A stretch of 56,231 nucleotides of DNA, the filler included, from Catajapyx aquilonaris (Eukaryota): the NCBI GenBank assembly GCA_000934665.2. It is 2 parts of 2 records of this genome, joined end to end, with 100 filler letters (N's around TTAATTAATTAA, not from the genome) between each part and the next. Parts side by side here need not be neighbours in the genome. Positions count along the whole stretch, not along the records: positions 1 to 28,128 come from JYFJ02004976.1; 1 more part is not named here. The stretch is one strand, 5' to 3'. The position numbers and the translations under genes are program-made. Positions 1 through 14,523 of the stretch are shown piece by piece. The notes below the pieces were generated by a model. That model saw only the letters and a list, made by a program, of their open reading frames with translations. It was not told where the DNA came from and did no database searches. The first letter of the stretch is position 1. Each line of letters begins with the position of its first letter.

Positions 1-3000
1 TTTTTTTTTTTTTTTCCAGTTGGAAGCGATGCACATTTCGCGAGACGTTAATGTCCTCCGTGGACCGTGGGGGGTCCCAATGAGGTGCTCTTGAGGAATG
101 GCTAGCGTGTGGTCGTGGCAGCTGAGGGCCTCTTCAGCTTAAACTCGTGTATAAGGAGAGAGGCCGTTCTTTGCCATTGCGAGGCAACATTAGATGCGAG
201 AAGTTTGCTCTCTCTGGCGGGAATGGGTCAGATCAGGAGAGTTTTACTGTGCGAATGAGGCCCGGTAATTGCAAAGGGGAAGTAAAAAGAAAGAGAGAAA
301 AGAAACGGTTATCTGGCGTAATGTCACGAGTTGTCGCCGAGTAGCTGCTACTCTTGAAATGCGTCTGACGACACCTCTTAATAAAACGATAGCCTATTCG
401 CCAATATGTCGCAAAAGTAACGTAGATTCGATTGTAACGTAACCCATTACGTAAACCAAACCTGTCTGCTTGTTTGCACATCGCCAAATTTGGATTCGCC
501 GATATTGGAAGACTGAAATGGTGACGTAACTTAGAGAGGAACAGGAAGGACTCAAGTTCCTGTCAATATCAGTGGGCAGATAGAGTGTGGCAAAGGATTG
601 GTGAAATTGTGGCAGGATTTTGGATCCTTGCGAAATATTGAGACGTGTTAATTTCCGATTCGTGACAGTTTGTAATTAGGGGTCATCCTGCTCATTAGGT
701 TACACGTATAGCTAGAGATCCAATCACGCTAATTATAAATCGCAGGTTCTCAAAGAAAACGTGCGGGTCACAAGTCCCATCTTCATTATTATTTCGGGCA
801 AAAAAAGTACAAGTTGATTTACGAGTAAGTGAAGCTATTTGTGCGGTAGAGACCGGTGGGAATTAATTAATTATTTTTTCTATTTTTGGAGGCATATGAC
901 CCCGGGAATATAAATTGCGGAGCGATTCCTTTTCTGTCCTATCTTGCTATATACTGCTGCGATGGAATTCCGTGACTGCAATTGTCAAGTCCCCTGTGCC
1001 GAAGGAGCCAATTAGAATAATCAGACCAAATTAGCTTAATTACTCTTTACTTATGTAAAACGCTTACATATCGATCATTCAGCTACCGCATTGCTGCAAA
1101 GATCAATCCTTATATATTTTTTCAGCGTATTGTGGGTAATTTATTACACACCACCGCGTGTTTTCTAGACCAGGTCTAGACCCGGTCTAGTTTCTCTCCG
1201 GGTGCTGTGTGAACGATTCCGAATTTTTGTGTGTGGCTTGCTCCACTCGAGTGGCGGGTTTGAAATATTTGCGGACGGAGTTGTAATTTTCGCTCGGAGG
1301 TTTTTTTTTTCTTTCTTCCAGCGAATGTCCCGATCAGGAGTAAGTGAAAAGCGAGGGCCTGAATGATGAGTGAGGAACGAGGATGGGCCATTTGGACAGA
1401 GGTGGGAAGAGTGAATGATCCATTGAATTATGCGATTGTCACTGGAGTGATTGATTGGTCAGCTATTGTGCCAGGTCCATTAATCCCGATGGTACGAGTG
1501 CCATGTTGATCAAGCAAAGAGCCCCCCCACCCCCTTTCAGACTCAAACGGACTCGGAAATAATCACATTTCAAGGGAACTAACTTTAAATCTGCTGATCG
1601 TACGTGACAGATATAGAAGTGCCATATGCGGACTATACAATAATCCTACCGTTGTGTAATGTGCATTACAAAGAATCGGAATCAGAAATGCCCTTTTTTT
1701 TAGTAGTTGCTTAAGTTCCTTAGGCCTTTAGCTAGATTCTTGCGTTCGAGTGAAATATTAATTGGGGCCTCGCTCGGTTATGGATTGAGAAAGGAAGGAG
1801 AATGCTGCTGGGGGGAAGATTTTGCATTTTGTTCTCATGTAATATGTAAAGAGGGCGCCGAGGCCTCGGGCTTTCTTGTTGTTGCAACACTACACAGGAT
1901 TTGACCCTCCACATGCATTTTTGAAGCAATCAACCTGTAGCAGAGTTGCTTCATGTTTGGAAAAATCGAATTGGCTGGGACCCCTCCTGAAATTTGTACA
2001 CGTTTTGCTCACTGCTTGGATCATTCGGGTGTTGTGCCCCAAATAAGGTGACAATGCTTCTTCAGACGCGATCGAGACGCGGTCTATGGCGGAAGATGGC
2101 AGCGCCTGCAAAATCGTTCGGGCCGATGGAATCAGGTCGTGTCAATTTGCATGCAAGCTGCTTAGAAAACCTGGAAATCATATTCATAGTCAGGTATCCT
2201 ATTCCTGCTTGGGAAATAAGCTTTTCCCAGCTGTCATATCCATCGACCTCTCTCTCTCTCTTTTTTTTGGACAGCCCTTTCCTGGCGCTATGACCTGCCC
2301 CAAAAAGACTGACGTACAGCGCCCATAAAATATTTATCGGAAATACTTTTCTGCATAGCTCAGAAAGCTATTGGCCAGCTCAGTTTGCTGATAAAAGAAT
2401 AAGATGGTCGGTTTTTTGGGGGGGGTTTATCGGCACTTAGATTAGGAGGCAGTGCAAATATAATATTCTCATGACCGAGAAAAGCGCTTAAGAAAATTGT
2501 CGTTAAGCTGATTTGTCTGCCAGGCAGGCATGAGGAATATTGGATTGGCCAAAATCCGTCGTGACGTCTCAGAAATATAGATTAAAAAAAGTTTGGCTCG
2601 GAAGGAAAAGGATATAACACGAGGAGGCATTAATTTGGGGGCTGGCTCCTGTGTATACCCAGCAGAGAGAGAGACTAGGCCATCGATCCCCCCCTCTCAT
2701 CTTCCAGCTTCCTTTATATCACGCTTCTCATCCGTCTATCTATATCCGGAAGGGGCTATATGTACTAGTGAATTATACGAACACGAGGAGCAGCGGCAAC
2801 AGGCCACGAAGCCCCTTTTTCAAATCGAATCAAGTTGACTTACAGGCTCTGAAATATATATGCCAAAGGCAAGTAGGTTCCCTCGTGTACAATTTTACTC
2901 ATTATTGATAACAATAAAGGCTTCGAAATTGTTCGTAAAAGCAACATGATATATAAATTGTGGCAGGTAAGAGAGGCCTGGAGGTAACAGTGTTGGTTGC

Positions 3001-6000
3001 AGTCAAGTACAGTAGCCTAGACCGAATTAATAATTTATTTTCTCATTACCATAATCACTGGCATTATTGTGCACAACAAATCAATAATTGGCCTCTATGC
3101 ATTTGAACTGTTGTGGATTATTCAGCTTTCAAATTCCAATCATTATTCACATATATTTGAGGGGGGAAAAGAATAGAGCTAGGGTTTTTTTCTGCTCTAA
3201 ACTAATTTTACATATATTTGGTTTTATCTGTGCACGAAAAAGTGTGCCCGCTCGGATCATGATTGGCCGTAATTAGATTGCAATGCGTGACAGAAATAAC
3301 TAGTGGCCACCGGTAAAATGTCAAGGCGAAGCAGGGCATCATCATGTATTAAACATTTTTTTTTTGAAAAAGCGGTACAGGGGGACATAGCAGCCGCGGT
3401 AATGAGTAATTCAGCCAAATTGGAAGCCCAATAGTGTATTGATGAGGGGAGGGGACACATTTTAAAGTCCGCGCAGTACACACACAAATTTTTTTCGGCC
3501 CTTCTGTCTCTCTATCGAATTGGCTGCGTTTGCTTTTCATGTATGCAAATCGAGTCTAACTCCCTTGCAGTGCAAATCGGTTAAAAATTTAGGAGGCCTC
3601 GAAGAGTTTGCGTCAGTGAATGTAGGTGAAATGTACACGGGGTTCAAAACATTTGTAAGCACAAAAGAGAGGAGGGGGCTCATTTGCAAAATTTCAAATT
3701 CCGTTTTGTGCAGGCTTAGTGGAGGTTTCGCGGCGGTGATCATCCGCATGTCCCCCCACCTCCCCCTCTCTCTAAAATATTGACATTGCAAAAAATAATT
3801 AATGTCTGCAGCAACGCAGACTACTAATGAATCAAAGGGTCGCTCGTACAGCCAGCTACGTCAGCTCTTTTTAAAATATTTTTTTTGGAAAAGTTTGCAA
3901 AAAAAAGCTTACCCATCTTTTGGATAGCGCATTAATTTCGACATTTTCTAAGCGAAAATATTGGAGCTCAGTAGTGATATGCATGCACTGCTATTAACAC
4001 TTGGAATGATCGCTATTAGCACAAAATAGGATTGGATCTTGGAATGGGGGCTGTGGTGACGTCATGAAAAGTCAAATGGGGGAGGGGGGGGGGGAACAAG
4101 GGGGCGCCCTTGGAGAAATCGGAGCCAAGGCTAGATAAAGCACCGGGTCAGAGTTTCTCCAGAGGAAAAAGAGGAAAAGCTGAGGCTTTATCTGAGTGGA
4201 AAGTCGCATCACTTGCATGGGGGACAAATGAGGCTGCTCGTAAAACAGGTAGGCCCCCTTTGGATAACAAAAACAGTTGGGTCGAGGTTGGAGGAGGGCT
4301 GAAGAATAAGGGAAAAGAAAATGTGTAGTTACAAGACTGTGGTTGGATCATTACACCAAAGACAAACAAGGGAGGAAAAAGAATTTGAATTCAGGAGAAG
4401 AACTCACGTCGAGGGAGAAAAAGTTGGTGAGCACTTTTTTTTGCGATTTTTTTCCCCCCTTCCTGCTGCTTCTCCCATTAGGGTCGCTTCCTTATCTGCG
4501 AGCTTTTGGGATACAGCACGTCTGAACCCACCTATTTAGTGACCTCGTACACGTATAATGTCTTGTGGCCCGTTCTCTTGGCTTTGAGTAGAAGGCATGG
4601 TGCCAAAGCACGTCTCCTCTACCCACTCTATCCTGCTCTCTCTCTCTGATTATATCTCGCCAACTGGCAGCAGACCTTTAAAAAAAATTGCGCGGCTGGA
4701 GAAAATGGATTCGACCACTGAATTTGCAATTGCTGTCTGGCTTGCACGCTAATTTTGTGCTCGACCCGGCAATCCCCGGGTTATAACTTTTGTGTGATAT
4801 GGTGGGCCATGTAAGGCCAATGCGGATTATAGGGTTTAATTCGCCCTCGGCTTGAGTTTAGTGCCAAACTACTGTTTTGGAAGGACTATAGTGACTTATG
4901 TGCTCACATTGCAATTGTCATTGTGTCATCAGTGCAGGCCAAAACGACATGGGGAAAATACAAAGGAAATGGCCAAAAGCAAAACAAACGCAAAATGCAA
5001 CATGTTTTCGTTTGCCCTATAATGATTATCTGTTTGCATGTACGTATAGTTAATTTTAATTTGCTCCTTTTCTAGTTCTGGTTAGTAGCACACACGCAAC
5101 TGGATATTATAATAATTATGCTAAAATTATTGATAATTTTCGTTGCTCTTTCCAACTAGATGGCCCACAGTGGCTATTAGCAAAACCATGATATTGAAGT
5201 GCGATGTTACTAACTCATCGGAAGGTCGAAAAACTGACCCGTGGTAATAACGTGAATGGTAATTATTCGTGGAATAGTTGTTTCAAGCCTCTGACCCGGA
5301 CATGCCGTTCTTCACTCAATGTACATATTATTTTAGCCAATTTCCATTGCTGAACGTGGCAGAGAGGCCATTTTCAGAAGGGCTATTATACACAACTATG
5401 CTGGCTCTAAAATGCAGCCGCGAATAAATAATCAAAAAAAAGAATGACAAATTGGTGAACATCGATGTGCCATCGATGCAAATGCCTTAATTTGGTTACA
5501 TCCCCGGCGATGTAAGCAAAAATAATAATGCGGCAATTACGGATCTAATTTGCCCCACATTTCACCCCTTTTTGCGTCGGTTGTGAAGTGTGCAGTAGCA
5601 CTCGCAGAACACTCGACTGCGCCACACACACGCAACTTATGTGCTGATTTTATGCTCATTGATTTTTCATGCCGCATACTCGATTTATGCACAGCCATGC
5701 CGAAGTGGTACAGGCTGAAAAAAACATGGTGCAAATTACAACCTTGTAATGTTTTGCAAAATTTAGCACGACTTTGTTTTCCAACAACTTGCGTATAACA
5801 GTGCAAGGCATGTTTTATCATAATACAGACGCACTTGTTGATTGAAATTATTGGGCATTAGGGACGGTTGCATAAACTCATATTCAGTTTTCCAAGTTGC
5901 ATAATTATCCAACCTGTCCTGATAAGCTTGACATCTTTTATAGCTTGAAGCCAATCGGTTTTTTTTCATTTCGTGATTTTTTTCTCTCTTCTTCACGGTG

Positions 6001-9000
6001 AATCCTCTTTTGTCTGACACCGTACCGGTACCTTTGATTTCCGGTGCCTTTCACCCTAGGAGTTGTTTGCAGAGACAAAGTACAGAAAGTGAAGAGGTGT
6101 ACGTGTGTGTATATGGTCTGGTTTGCCCTCCAGCAGAAACATCGGATGAAACGCAACGTCCATTGTGCCTAGCGGAATGAGCCGGGGTCACGTGTCTGGA
6201 CGATAATGGAGGAAAACAAAAGGACTGTCAGGACTGGTGGGTGCGGGGGAACCTACCCATCCACCCACCCACCCCTTTGTTAGTGTCAAGAAGCTCGGGC
6301 CAGATGAAAGCTCAGCTGCCCTTTGACAACAACTAGCTCAAGTAGCGCCAAGGGACACAACACTACTCACAACATGCACAAAAAAAAGTAGTTTCATAGA
6401 TGCTAGAATCACGATAACTGTAGCGCTGACATGATGAGCAGGGATACCAGGTGAAGTGGGATCCGGCTCACCTGGTACCCCTCGAGCGTCCCTCATACGT
6501 CATCACTAGTCCACGCCATGTTGCTAATAAATAAAGTCTACACAGCACAGAGAGGCCAGATGCGGGCTGGAGTCTATAAATAAAGTGGCATTATTTCAGG
6601 CAGTGTGGCCAGGTCTTTATCCCAGTTGGGGCTGGCCTTCATTAGCAGGATATTTCACACCTAACCGATAGTTTCGATTCGGGGGGGCTTTGTTGTGCAA
6701 ACAAAGGGTGAAGGGGGTAAAAAAAAGGCTAAATAATAGTCCTCGTTGTCCGGTGCGCTGGTAATGAATCGGTGTCACACGGGCGCGTGTACAGATTGCT
6801 CATATACTTACTAACCACATTTGAGCTACAGGGGGTTCGGTTTTTGGTGGGGGTGGATGAAGGAGGCACTCTGATTAATGAAACATCACAGGGGCAATGC
6901 TGTATAATGGCTCAGGGGTTAGGCCCTTGCCTGCCACTTACAGGTGTTGGAATTCAGTTGCTCATTATTGGATGATTTGGCAATTAATTTTAGGGAGGGG
7001 GGGGGTTTCCTTCATAAAAACTACAGTGTGACTTTACGATCTAACCCCCCCCCCCCAAAAAAAAAAAAATCGCAAGTTTTGTTGCAAGAGTGTCGTTAAT
7101 CCAGCGTTAATCCCCCCCTGCCTTTTCTCGCCCACTCGATTCCATCCTTACTATATATCTTTCTTCTTCGTCTTTTGTCGATGTCATTATGGATTCGAGG
7201 CTTAAACTCTTGAGAAGATGTGACGAAGTCCTTGTGTAATGGATGAACCACTTCAGAGCTGGAAAATTTTTTGGTGATCTGGAAAGAAAGTGAGTTGCCT
7301 GGTTTTGAACGTGTTGCATTATTCAAGAGATTGGCTGGAACTTTTCTTCCATGATCTAGGGGTATATGGGAGGGGAGGACGGGGGTTTTAAAAAAAAGAA
7401 AGAGAGAGAGAGACGAGGGGTGGGGTTTAAAAAGTCGAAAGATTTCTTGCCAGAATTAAATAGCCCATGCTAAGAATAGATGAGTAGTGCTATCAAACTA
7501 TGAGGCGCCACTCTCTCCGCCATCAAATATTTGCAAATTTGTAGGATACGGTTGCCAAAAAAGGTAATGAAAAATAGCAATCACTCCATTATCACTTTTC
7601 ATCTGTTCCGATTATGAACACTGGAGCAATGCAGCTATTTTATCCAGTCCAGTCCACTGTGACAAGAGAGAGAAAAAGGTCAAATGCACATGTAATGAAG
7701 GAGTAAGCAGGTTCCGGGTTATATCCAGACTCGAGGGCCTGAACCGCATGAATAATTGAATCAAAGGTCAGTAGGACTTTCCATGCATCGATTTCGCTTA
7801 ATGTATTCCCAATTATTCCTGTATCTTACGACAATGTCAATCCATTCGCAGGGCATGCTGAGGGAGGATGTGGAGGGTTACCAAAAAAAAAGTATAACCG
7901 TTCGATATCCTGTTGGTCGATCGGTTGCTGTAAAGGCCCCCCCCACTTACCGAACTGTTGCAGCATTTATGAATAAATAGCGGCGCCGCACGAATGGCTG
8001 GAGTTGTAAGCGAGCGTGAGATACGCTGCTGTGTACATGGATAGAAGAGACAAAAAAAAGGGCTTTCGGGTATTGTCCGGAGTGCTGTAACCTCCTTACG
8101 ACCTAATTGAGCCCTATTTACAACCGTACACTTCAGCATATGGCACGGTATTGCTGCTCCCTTAGGACCGGTTTCTTCAACTTGATAACCGGCCGTTAAG
8201 TACTAACGGTGTTTAAAGAATTATTAAAGTAGCAGCCTATCCAATCTAACTGAAGGTAACTGAAACTGCCAATGTTGGAGAAACAAGGTCTCAAGGGTGC
8301 AATCCGGCGTGAGACAACTTAATGACAAGATTGTACTGTATTAGTACACAATTGTGTCACGATATTTGCAGTTAGGCTGTTAGGTAACTGCACTATGTGT
8401 TACGTAAATTCTTCCTGCTTTTGTGCAGCAGCATGTCACGTCATGCCATTGATCAACTGCTGTACTGTAACGGTGCTGTAAAAAAAAAGAGTGCTGTTCT
8501 CTCTCTCTTTTTTTACATGGTCCCAGGTGACTGTCGGAAAACTAATTTAACTCGTGCTGGTGGCAACCCGGAGTTAACTATTGTCTGCAGGGGCCATTGG
8601 TCAGCAGATTATTTGCGGACGCACAATACAGGTATTGAGAGATGGAATATTCCAATTATTTAGCACTGTACGATGAGAAATTTTTGAAATCATATTGTGA
8701 CTGTAAAATTAGGTTTGTCAGTGGTCTACACAGTGTCTGACGGAACTGAATGGACGCCTTGTATTGCCTTAGGTTCAGTTCGTCGATATCACAAACGGAG
8801 AGTTGAATAATAATGAACCGCTGGTATATGTGCGATTGGAGTGAGTGACTGATCAGAGCACAATGCGCTGACAGCGAAATTATAGGGAATCAGGTTGCAA
8901 TGAAAACCAATTTTAGAACAGAATGGGGGAAAAATTGGACTGATTTCATACCTCTTCCACTCTGGATGTAGGCCGCGATATACGACTGCATTTTGAATGG

Positions 9001-12000
9001 CCAAGGAAGAAGAAAAAAAAAACCTGTGTCGTTTTGAAAAAGACTGGATTATTTATTACGCGGCGAAAAATTGGCTAAAAATGATCTGGACAGTTGTTGC
9101 CCACATTTTGTGATGAAGTCACTTTTTTTGTAATGAATAATGATCTGGTGCACTACCCGTGCTAAATGGTGTCAGAATTTTTCCACATTTAGTTTTAATA
9201 AATCGTTTTTTAAGTAGTCTCCATTGATTTTAATTTATGCATTTATTTAACGCTCCTTATGATTTGATCTAATAAATAATTATTGATCTTGGAACGGACT
9301 GATTTGAACGGGAAAAAACTATTATAAATAAGGCATCATTGGGTTTATCCAGATATAGTTGAAACAAAAATTTGTCGTCAAACCCTAATTATTAGGAGCA
9401 TGTTAATGTACTCTTATTGGAATTTGCGAGTAAATTATTTTGAGTGTTATTCCATCCCGCTCCGTTCAATTTCGCGGCCAGCAAACATGCCAACAACTTT
9501 GACACCTTTTTTTATCCAGACTGGCTCATTTTTGTCACTCACACGACATGTTATCAATAGCGCTTCATTACCTGGCTAATTATTAAGAGCCACTCCACTT
9601 GGCTTGACTGCTTATTGCCCCCCCAAAAAAACACCAACCACTTTTTTTTCCCCTCCTCTCGTTATAATAAACTCTCTCTTAGCTGTCTTCGGGGCGAAAA
9701 TATGTCGCCTCCCAGCAGGAACTGCGCTGTAATTAAAACGCCACGCACGTTTAATCAAAGGCGACAATTAGGAAAACACGGGGAAGAAAATATGAGGATA
9801 ACCGCTGGCGAGGAATGCCAAGTGTTGGATGAAGCAGGCAGGTAAATCAGGCCATTGTACGAGGGGTAGATTTTAACAGAATTGAATTCCAAGCCCGCCG
9901 GAGCGAGTTGTTGTTGTTGTTGTTTCCTTTATTGTTAGACACCCTTCTATCTGTTCTCCTCCAGTTCATTACGAAACACTTGCAAAGTTGAGGATCACGT
10001 TGCGGTCGACGAATGATGACTATGAAAGTGCTACACTAGGCGGCGTAATAGAGGCCTCCCCATTTTGGAAAGGAGAGGTTTTTTGGGCCCCATTTGGATT
10101 CCGGAAGTGGAGGAGGATCCAGTGCTGCCAACCTTAGAAGGAGGGCGATGAAGGCCCGGAAATGGCGGCCGAGGTGCCGCCGATGCCATGGATGCTTCCG
10201 GATCGATTTCCATTAAAGGAAAAGGACCACCTCTCCTCACTGCCATACCAGCAAGCTTCCCCCCCTCCCAAAAAAGTTTTTTTTTTAGCAAAGTCCTTTC
10301 ATAGCGGGGTCTACTGAAAAAAACGTATCATTTTTTGTGCCGCTGCCTAGTCATCTCCGCTGAGAAATATGCCCGTGTCAGAAAGTGACGAAGTCATTTC
10401 ACTCTCGGTTGCGTTTTAAATATTCGGGCAGACCCTCGGCACCTTGAACCACCTTTTTTAGGGGGGAGGAATTTTGAAGCCATCCTGTAAAAGAAGACGC
10501 TCTATTTGGAGAGGGGGGGCCATTCGCGATTTCCAACAATCAAAATTGAGAAAAAAAGTCACAGAGTTACATTTTGACAGAAAAAAACCAACAACAGCAA
10601 AAGACATTCTGCAGAGTAGTGATATTGCCACCTAAAATGTAACGCAATTTAATTTAATAGCCAGAAGGAATGGATAGTTCCCCCTCCCACCCACCAGAGG
10701 CGCTGCCTCCACACCATTGCGCCGGCGCAGAACTGCGCCAATAGGAAGCGTAGCGGTACCCTAACAACAATATTCGACTGACCAATCCGAATGCTTATAC
10801 AAACAACGAACGATTTTAACATAATAGATAACGAGCAGTTTACCCCTTCTTCACACTGACTAGTTGCTACGGGCGGTAGAGGGACAGGGGCTGTGGGGGA
10901 GAGGGAAATGGAACATACCGACAAACCTTTCCTTTTATACTTGATATGAAGATTGTAGCTAGTACAGACATGGTGGTTCATCATTGTGCAACCATATAAG
11001 TAAATTAAGCTCCTCATTTTAGCTTCAAATTTCATGGCTTATAAAATGTTTTTCCATTTCCAGCCTGGAAGGGGGGGAAAAAAATAATGTTCTCTTCTCT
11101 TGGAGTTTGAGCGTGACTTTCCCATTTGAATGCGGGGCAAATCGGGTTTTCCAGTAAATTCCGAGGTATTTTGTGGCTCGCCGAACAGCACATAATGATG
11201 TAGCCCAACTCCACTCCCATTCTCTCTCCTTTTTTGGGGGGGAGGTTTGATCCCATTGCATTTGTTTTAATTTGGGAAGGATCATTTGCAGGCGGAGCTA
11301 TTAGTAACAAAAGCACACACGATTCCATCTCTGGTGGGTGGGTTGGGTTGGAATAATAGTGAATCATTTCATAGAGCTGTATATATGAGAGTAGACGCAA
11401 TTTGCTGGCAGGAAAATAAAATAATTGACACTTGTCCTGCAAATGGGGCGCAATTGTGGTTTCCCATTTTGCGTGGAGGGTATACACCCCCCCTACTGCT
11501 AGCATAGATCACAAATCATTAAACGAGCATGTAATTCTTTGGTCTCTTGCAATTTATTCAGCACAGGGTTTTTGCACATGTGCACGTTTCAATTCCGGGA
11601 CTGGTCATACATCACGATCCTCGTGGGGATGCACTCGTGATAATTATTGTGCAGAGTAACATGCACGCGGCCACAGATTAAAAATTAATTTACTGATGCA
11701 CAATTTGGCTGCCATCCAGCTAAAAAAAAAACTCAAAGTGGAGAGGTGGTATGGGGGGTTGGCAGGTGAGATAATCTGAATGCTATTATTGCGCGGAAAT
11801 TGATTGTACGGGGGCGGAAAAATAGCGCAATCGATGTACTGTACTGTACGTGGGGTGTACATACGCCTAACAGTGTGGCGTGCCGCAGCCATAAGTGACG
11901 TTAAATGGGTTTACAGCCTGAATGATTACAACTTTTTAGTCGACAAGTGTGAATTTTCTTAACGAGGTGCCAGGTAATTGGTGGGTGCAATTAGCCACCT

Positions 12001-12063
12001 TTTGTGCCATGAATAGCATAATAACGCTTTTAGGTCACTGTTACTATAGCTACCTTGCTACTA

Positions 12064-12353
12064 CACTCTTAACCATTTACCTTCTCTAGAGAGGGTAAGA
12101 AAGTGGCCATTTTTTTACCTTACATTGTAGGGTAAATATTCTTGGGTAAATTGATTCTAAGGTAAATTTTGCATGTATTACCTTAGAAAATAGAGGGTAA
12201 AAAGGGCCTCTTTTTTACCCTCTATTTTCTAAGGTAATACATGCAAAATTTACCTTAGAATCAATTTACCCAAGAATATTTACCCTACAATGTAAGGTAA
12301 AAAAAATTTGCCACTTTCTTACCCTCTCTAGAGAAGGTAAATGGTTAAGAGTG
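12064..12353. mobile_element. Near-perfect palindromic MITE (foldback), CAC-terminal, CACTA/EnSpm-like
   Basis: Arms of about 140 bp are near-exact reverse complements (CACTCTTAACCATTTACC... / ...GGTAAATGGTTAAGAGTG). TA flanks both ends. Internal TTACC/GGTAA subrepeats. Confidence 0.85.
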
Positions 12354-14302
12354 TATAAGACTGATTGCTGTTAGTTACTAAATAGGATTTTTTTTCTCCC
12401 AGTTACATGAGTTGCTGACGAGATTGACTAATAGTTTACCGGTTGCAGTAATTGAGTCGGATATGAATAGCAACTGGTACACAATTAGGAAGGCACAAGC
12501 CTCGGAAATGAGAGGAAATGGGAAACAGAAAGCTGGGAAAATAAATTGAGAGATGAGGGTGGGTGGGTGGGGGAAGCAAAACCCAAAGTCAAATTGGTCT
12601 GTCGAAAAACATTAGGCTAATGCGCCAGTCATAAACACTGCCTATCACTTCCAATTTAATACCGGAGTTCTCTTAACTCTTTAGGCGAAATCCATCTTGG
12701 TTTTCATTCCAGACGTCTGAATTTCATTTGCGTTTTTCTAAAAAAAAAATGACTCCGTTCATATTTGCAGAAGCAGATGAAGTAAATATACTTATTTTTT
12801 AAATGCATAATCCACTTTGTATTAGCACGCAGATTTTGGGGCAACTAGCCCTTTCCTCATACACTCTGAGTAGGTGTGAAGTGGAGTTGATGGATGTGAC
12901 TCGTTTTATTCATTTGATCCGCAGGCGAGAATTGAGTTGAAGGCATGAACACTCCAATTGGCACGAACAAGTTGTTGCCCTCTCTCGTTGGGGGGGGGTT
13001 TGCATACAGACAAACGGTACCAATCACCCGGGGTTGGTTTGCAGCCAGCGTTAAAATATACAGTATTGACGTTTTGCATCTCTCATGAACATAACACAAA
13101 CCCCCTCAGGAAATTATGCCAAGGTCATTTTACAACCCGAACTTGTTGATTGTTAAGCCTGGAGGCTGAAAAAAAGGCTGCGTTTCTCAACAGTGTTTTT
13201 GAAGCTTGTAAAAAAAATAAATGAAAAGTTGTTGGCACGCTTGCTGATTATATTTCCATTAACTAAAAACAAGAGGGGTGATTGGTTGAGCTGCCAATTA
13301 TTGTTGAGTGAATATTGTGATGATCGGAGTGGCAGGCCTCGAAGGTATTAATTTCTATATCTAAAAATAGTCGAAACTGGCTGGAATAGTGCCAGCTCTC
13401 CTTGGAATGAAATATGGTCCAAGTCAATAAAGGCGCCGAAAACGGAATAAAAGAGTAATTTGAAATATATCCTCCAGACACTGAAGCTTACATAATGCTT
13501 GGGAATCAAGGGGGGGGGGGGAATAATAGGCCATGCGGTTGGAGAAAAAAAAGTCGTGTGCCATTTGTTGGTAACGACAGTGATTAATGAAGCAGATATT
13601 GTCACTGGGGTATGAATAGGCTTAGGTTGTCTGCAGCATAAAAGGAAAGGTGGAAATTGCAGGTTGGAATATTGCAAAAAAAATATATATTCGTGGCATA
13701 CATTTTCGTATGAAAAGTAGCCTTCTGTAATTATTATTATGTATTGCTCAGTATGTTTCTGGTTTCATGTTGTTGTGCGGAGAATATCTTCATTAGGTCC
13801 TGGAAGTGGACCCAATGAAATATTGAAATCGCGGCCGTTTTTCAAAAAGGTTTGCTTCCCTAATGGCCTGGAAACAGTGCACTCGACATATTATAAATCT
13901 GGCCGCAAAACGGCCCAAACTTTGGGTGTACCGGTGGCGGGTAGGTACCGCTGCTGCATCGGAGTCCATCTCGTCTGGACCCATTTTGCATGGAAGTATG
14001 TAACCCAGCAGCACGCAATAAATTACGATGCACGAGTCGATAAAGCCCGCATTGCCAGCGTCACAAACGGATGAGCCAAATAATGTGGGTACAAAATGGC
14101 CCGTCAAACGACTACAAATTCGGAATTAAATGGCGTTATTATTAACATAACGTCAATAGTACAATGGGGATTTATTAACTACAATGCTTCGTCATAATTA
14201 GTTTGGGACAAGTTTTTTTTTTTTTCTCTGGGTGCGCCCGTAAATCATTCGAATTTTTTAAACTATAAAATTTGCGTTTATATTTGAACGAACTCGTAGC
14301 TT

Positions 14303-14523
14303 CTATCTACGTGATTTTTTATGAGCGCAACCGAGTGCGCAACACAGTTCGCGCAACTTCTGTCCAACACTACACTTGAGGGGGTAAAAACATGGCCGAC
14401 TTTTGCGATGTTTCCAAGGCTTGGAATGAACCTTAGAGGCCTAACTGTGGCAACGTTGTTGTCGAAACAATGCGCGAATGTGGGTGCGCACTCGGTTGCG
14501 CTTGTTAAAAAACACATCTATAG
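14303..14523. mobile_element. Degenerate MITE / inverted-repeat element
   Basis: AGCGCAACCGAGTGCGCA (14324) is the exact reverse complement of TGCGCACTCGGTTGCGCT (ends 14502). Imperfect complementarity extends on both sides. Confidence 0.6.

Noticed and set aside
2846..2972. Possible exon ending at the strong donor CAG|GTAAGA (2966)
   Set aside because: The acceptor is weak and there is no recognisable coding content; cannot be supported without transcripts.
10031..10291. GC-rich minus-strand 86-aa ORF (Pro/Ser/Gly-rich)
   Set aside because: No recognisable domain and no convincing splice sites; composition alone explains it.
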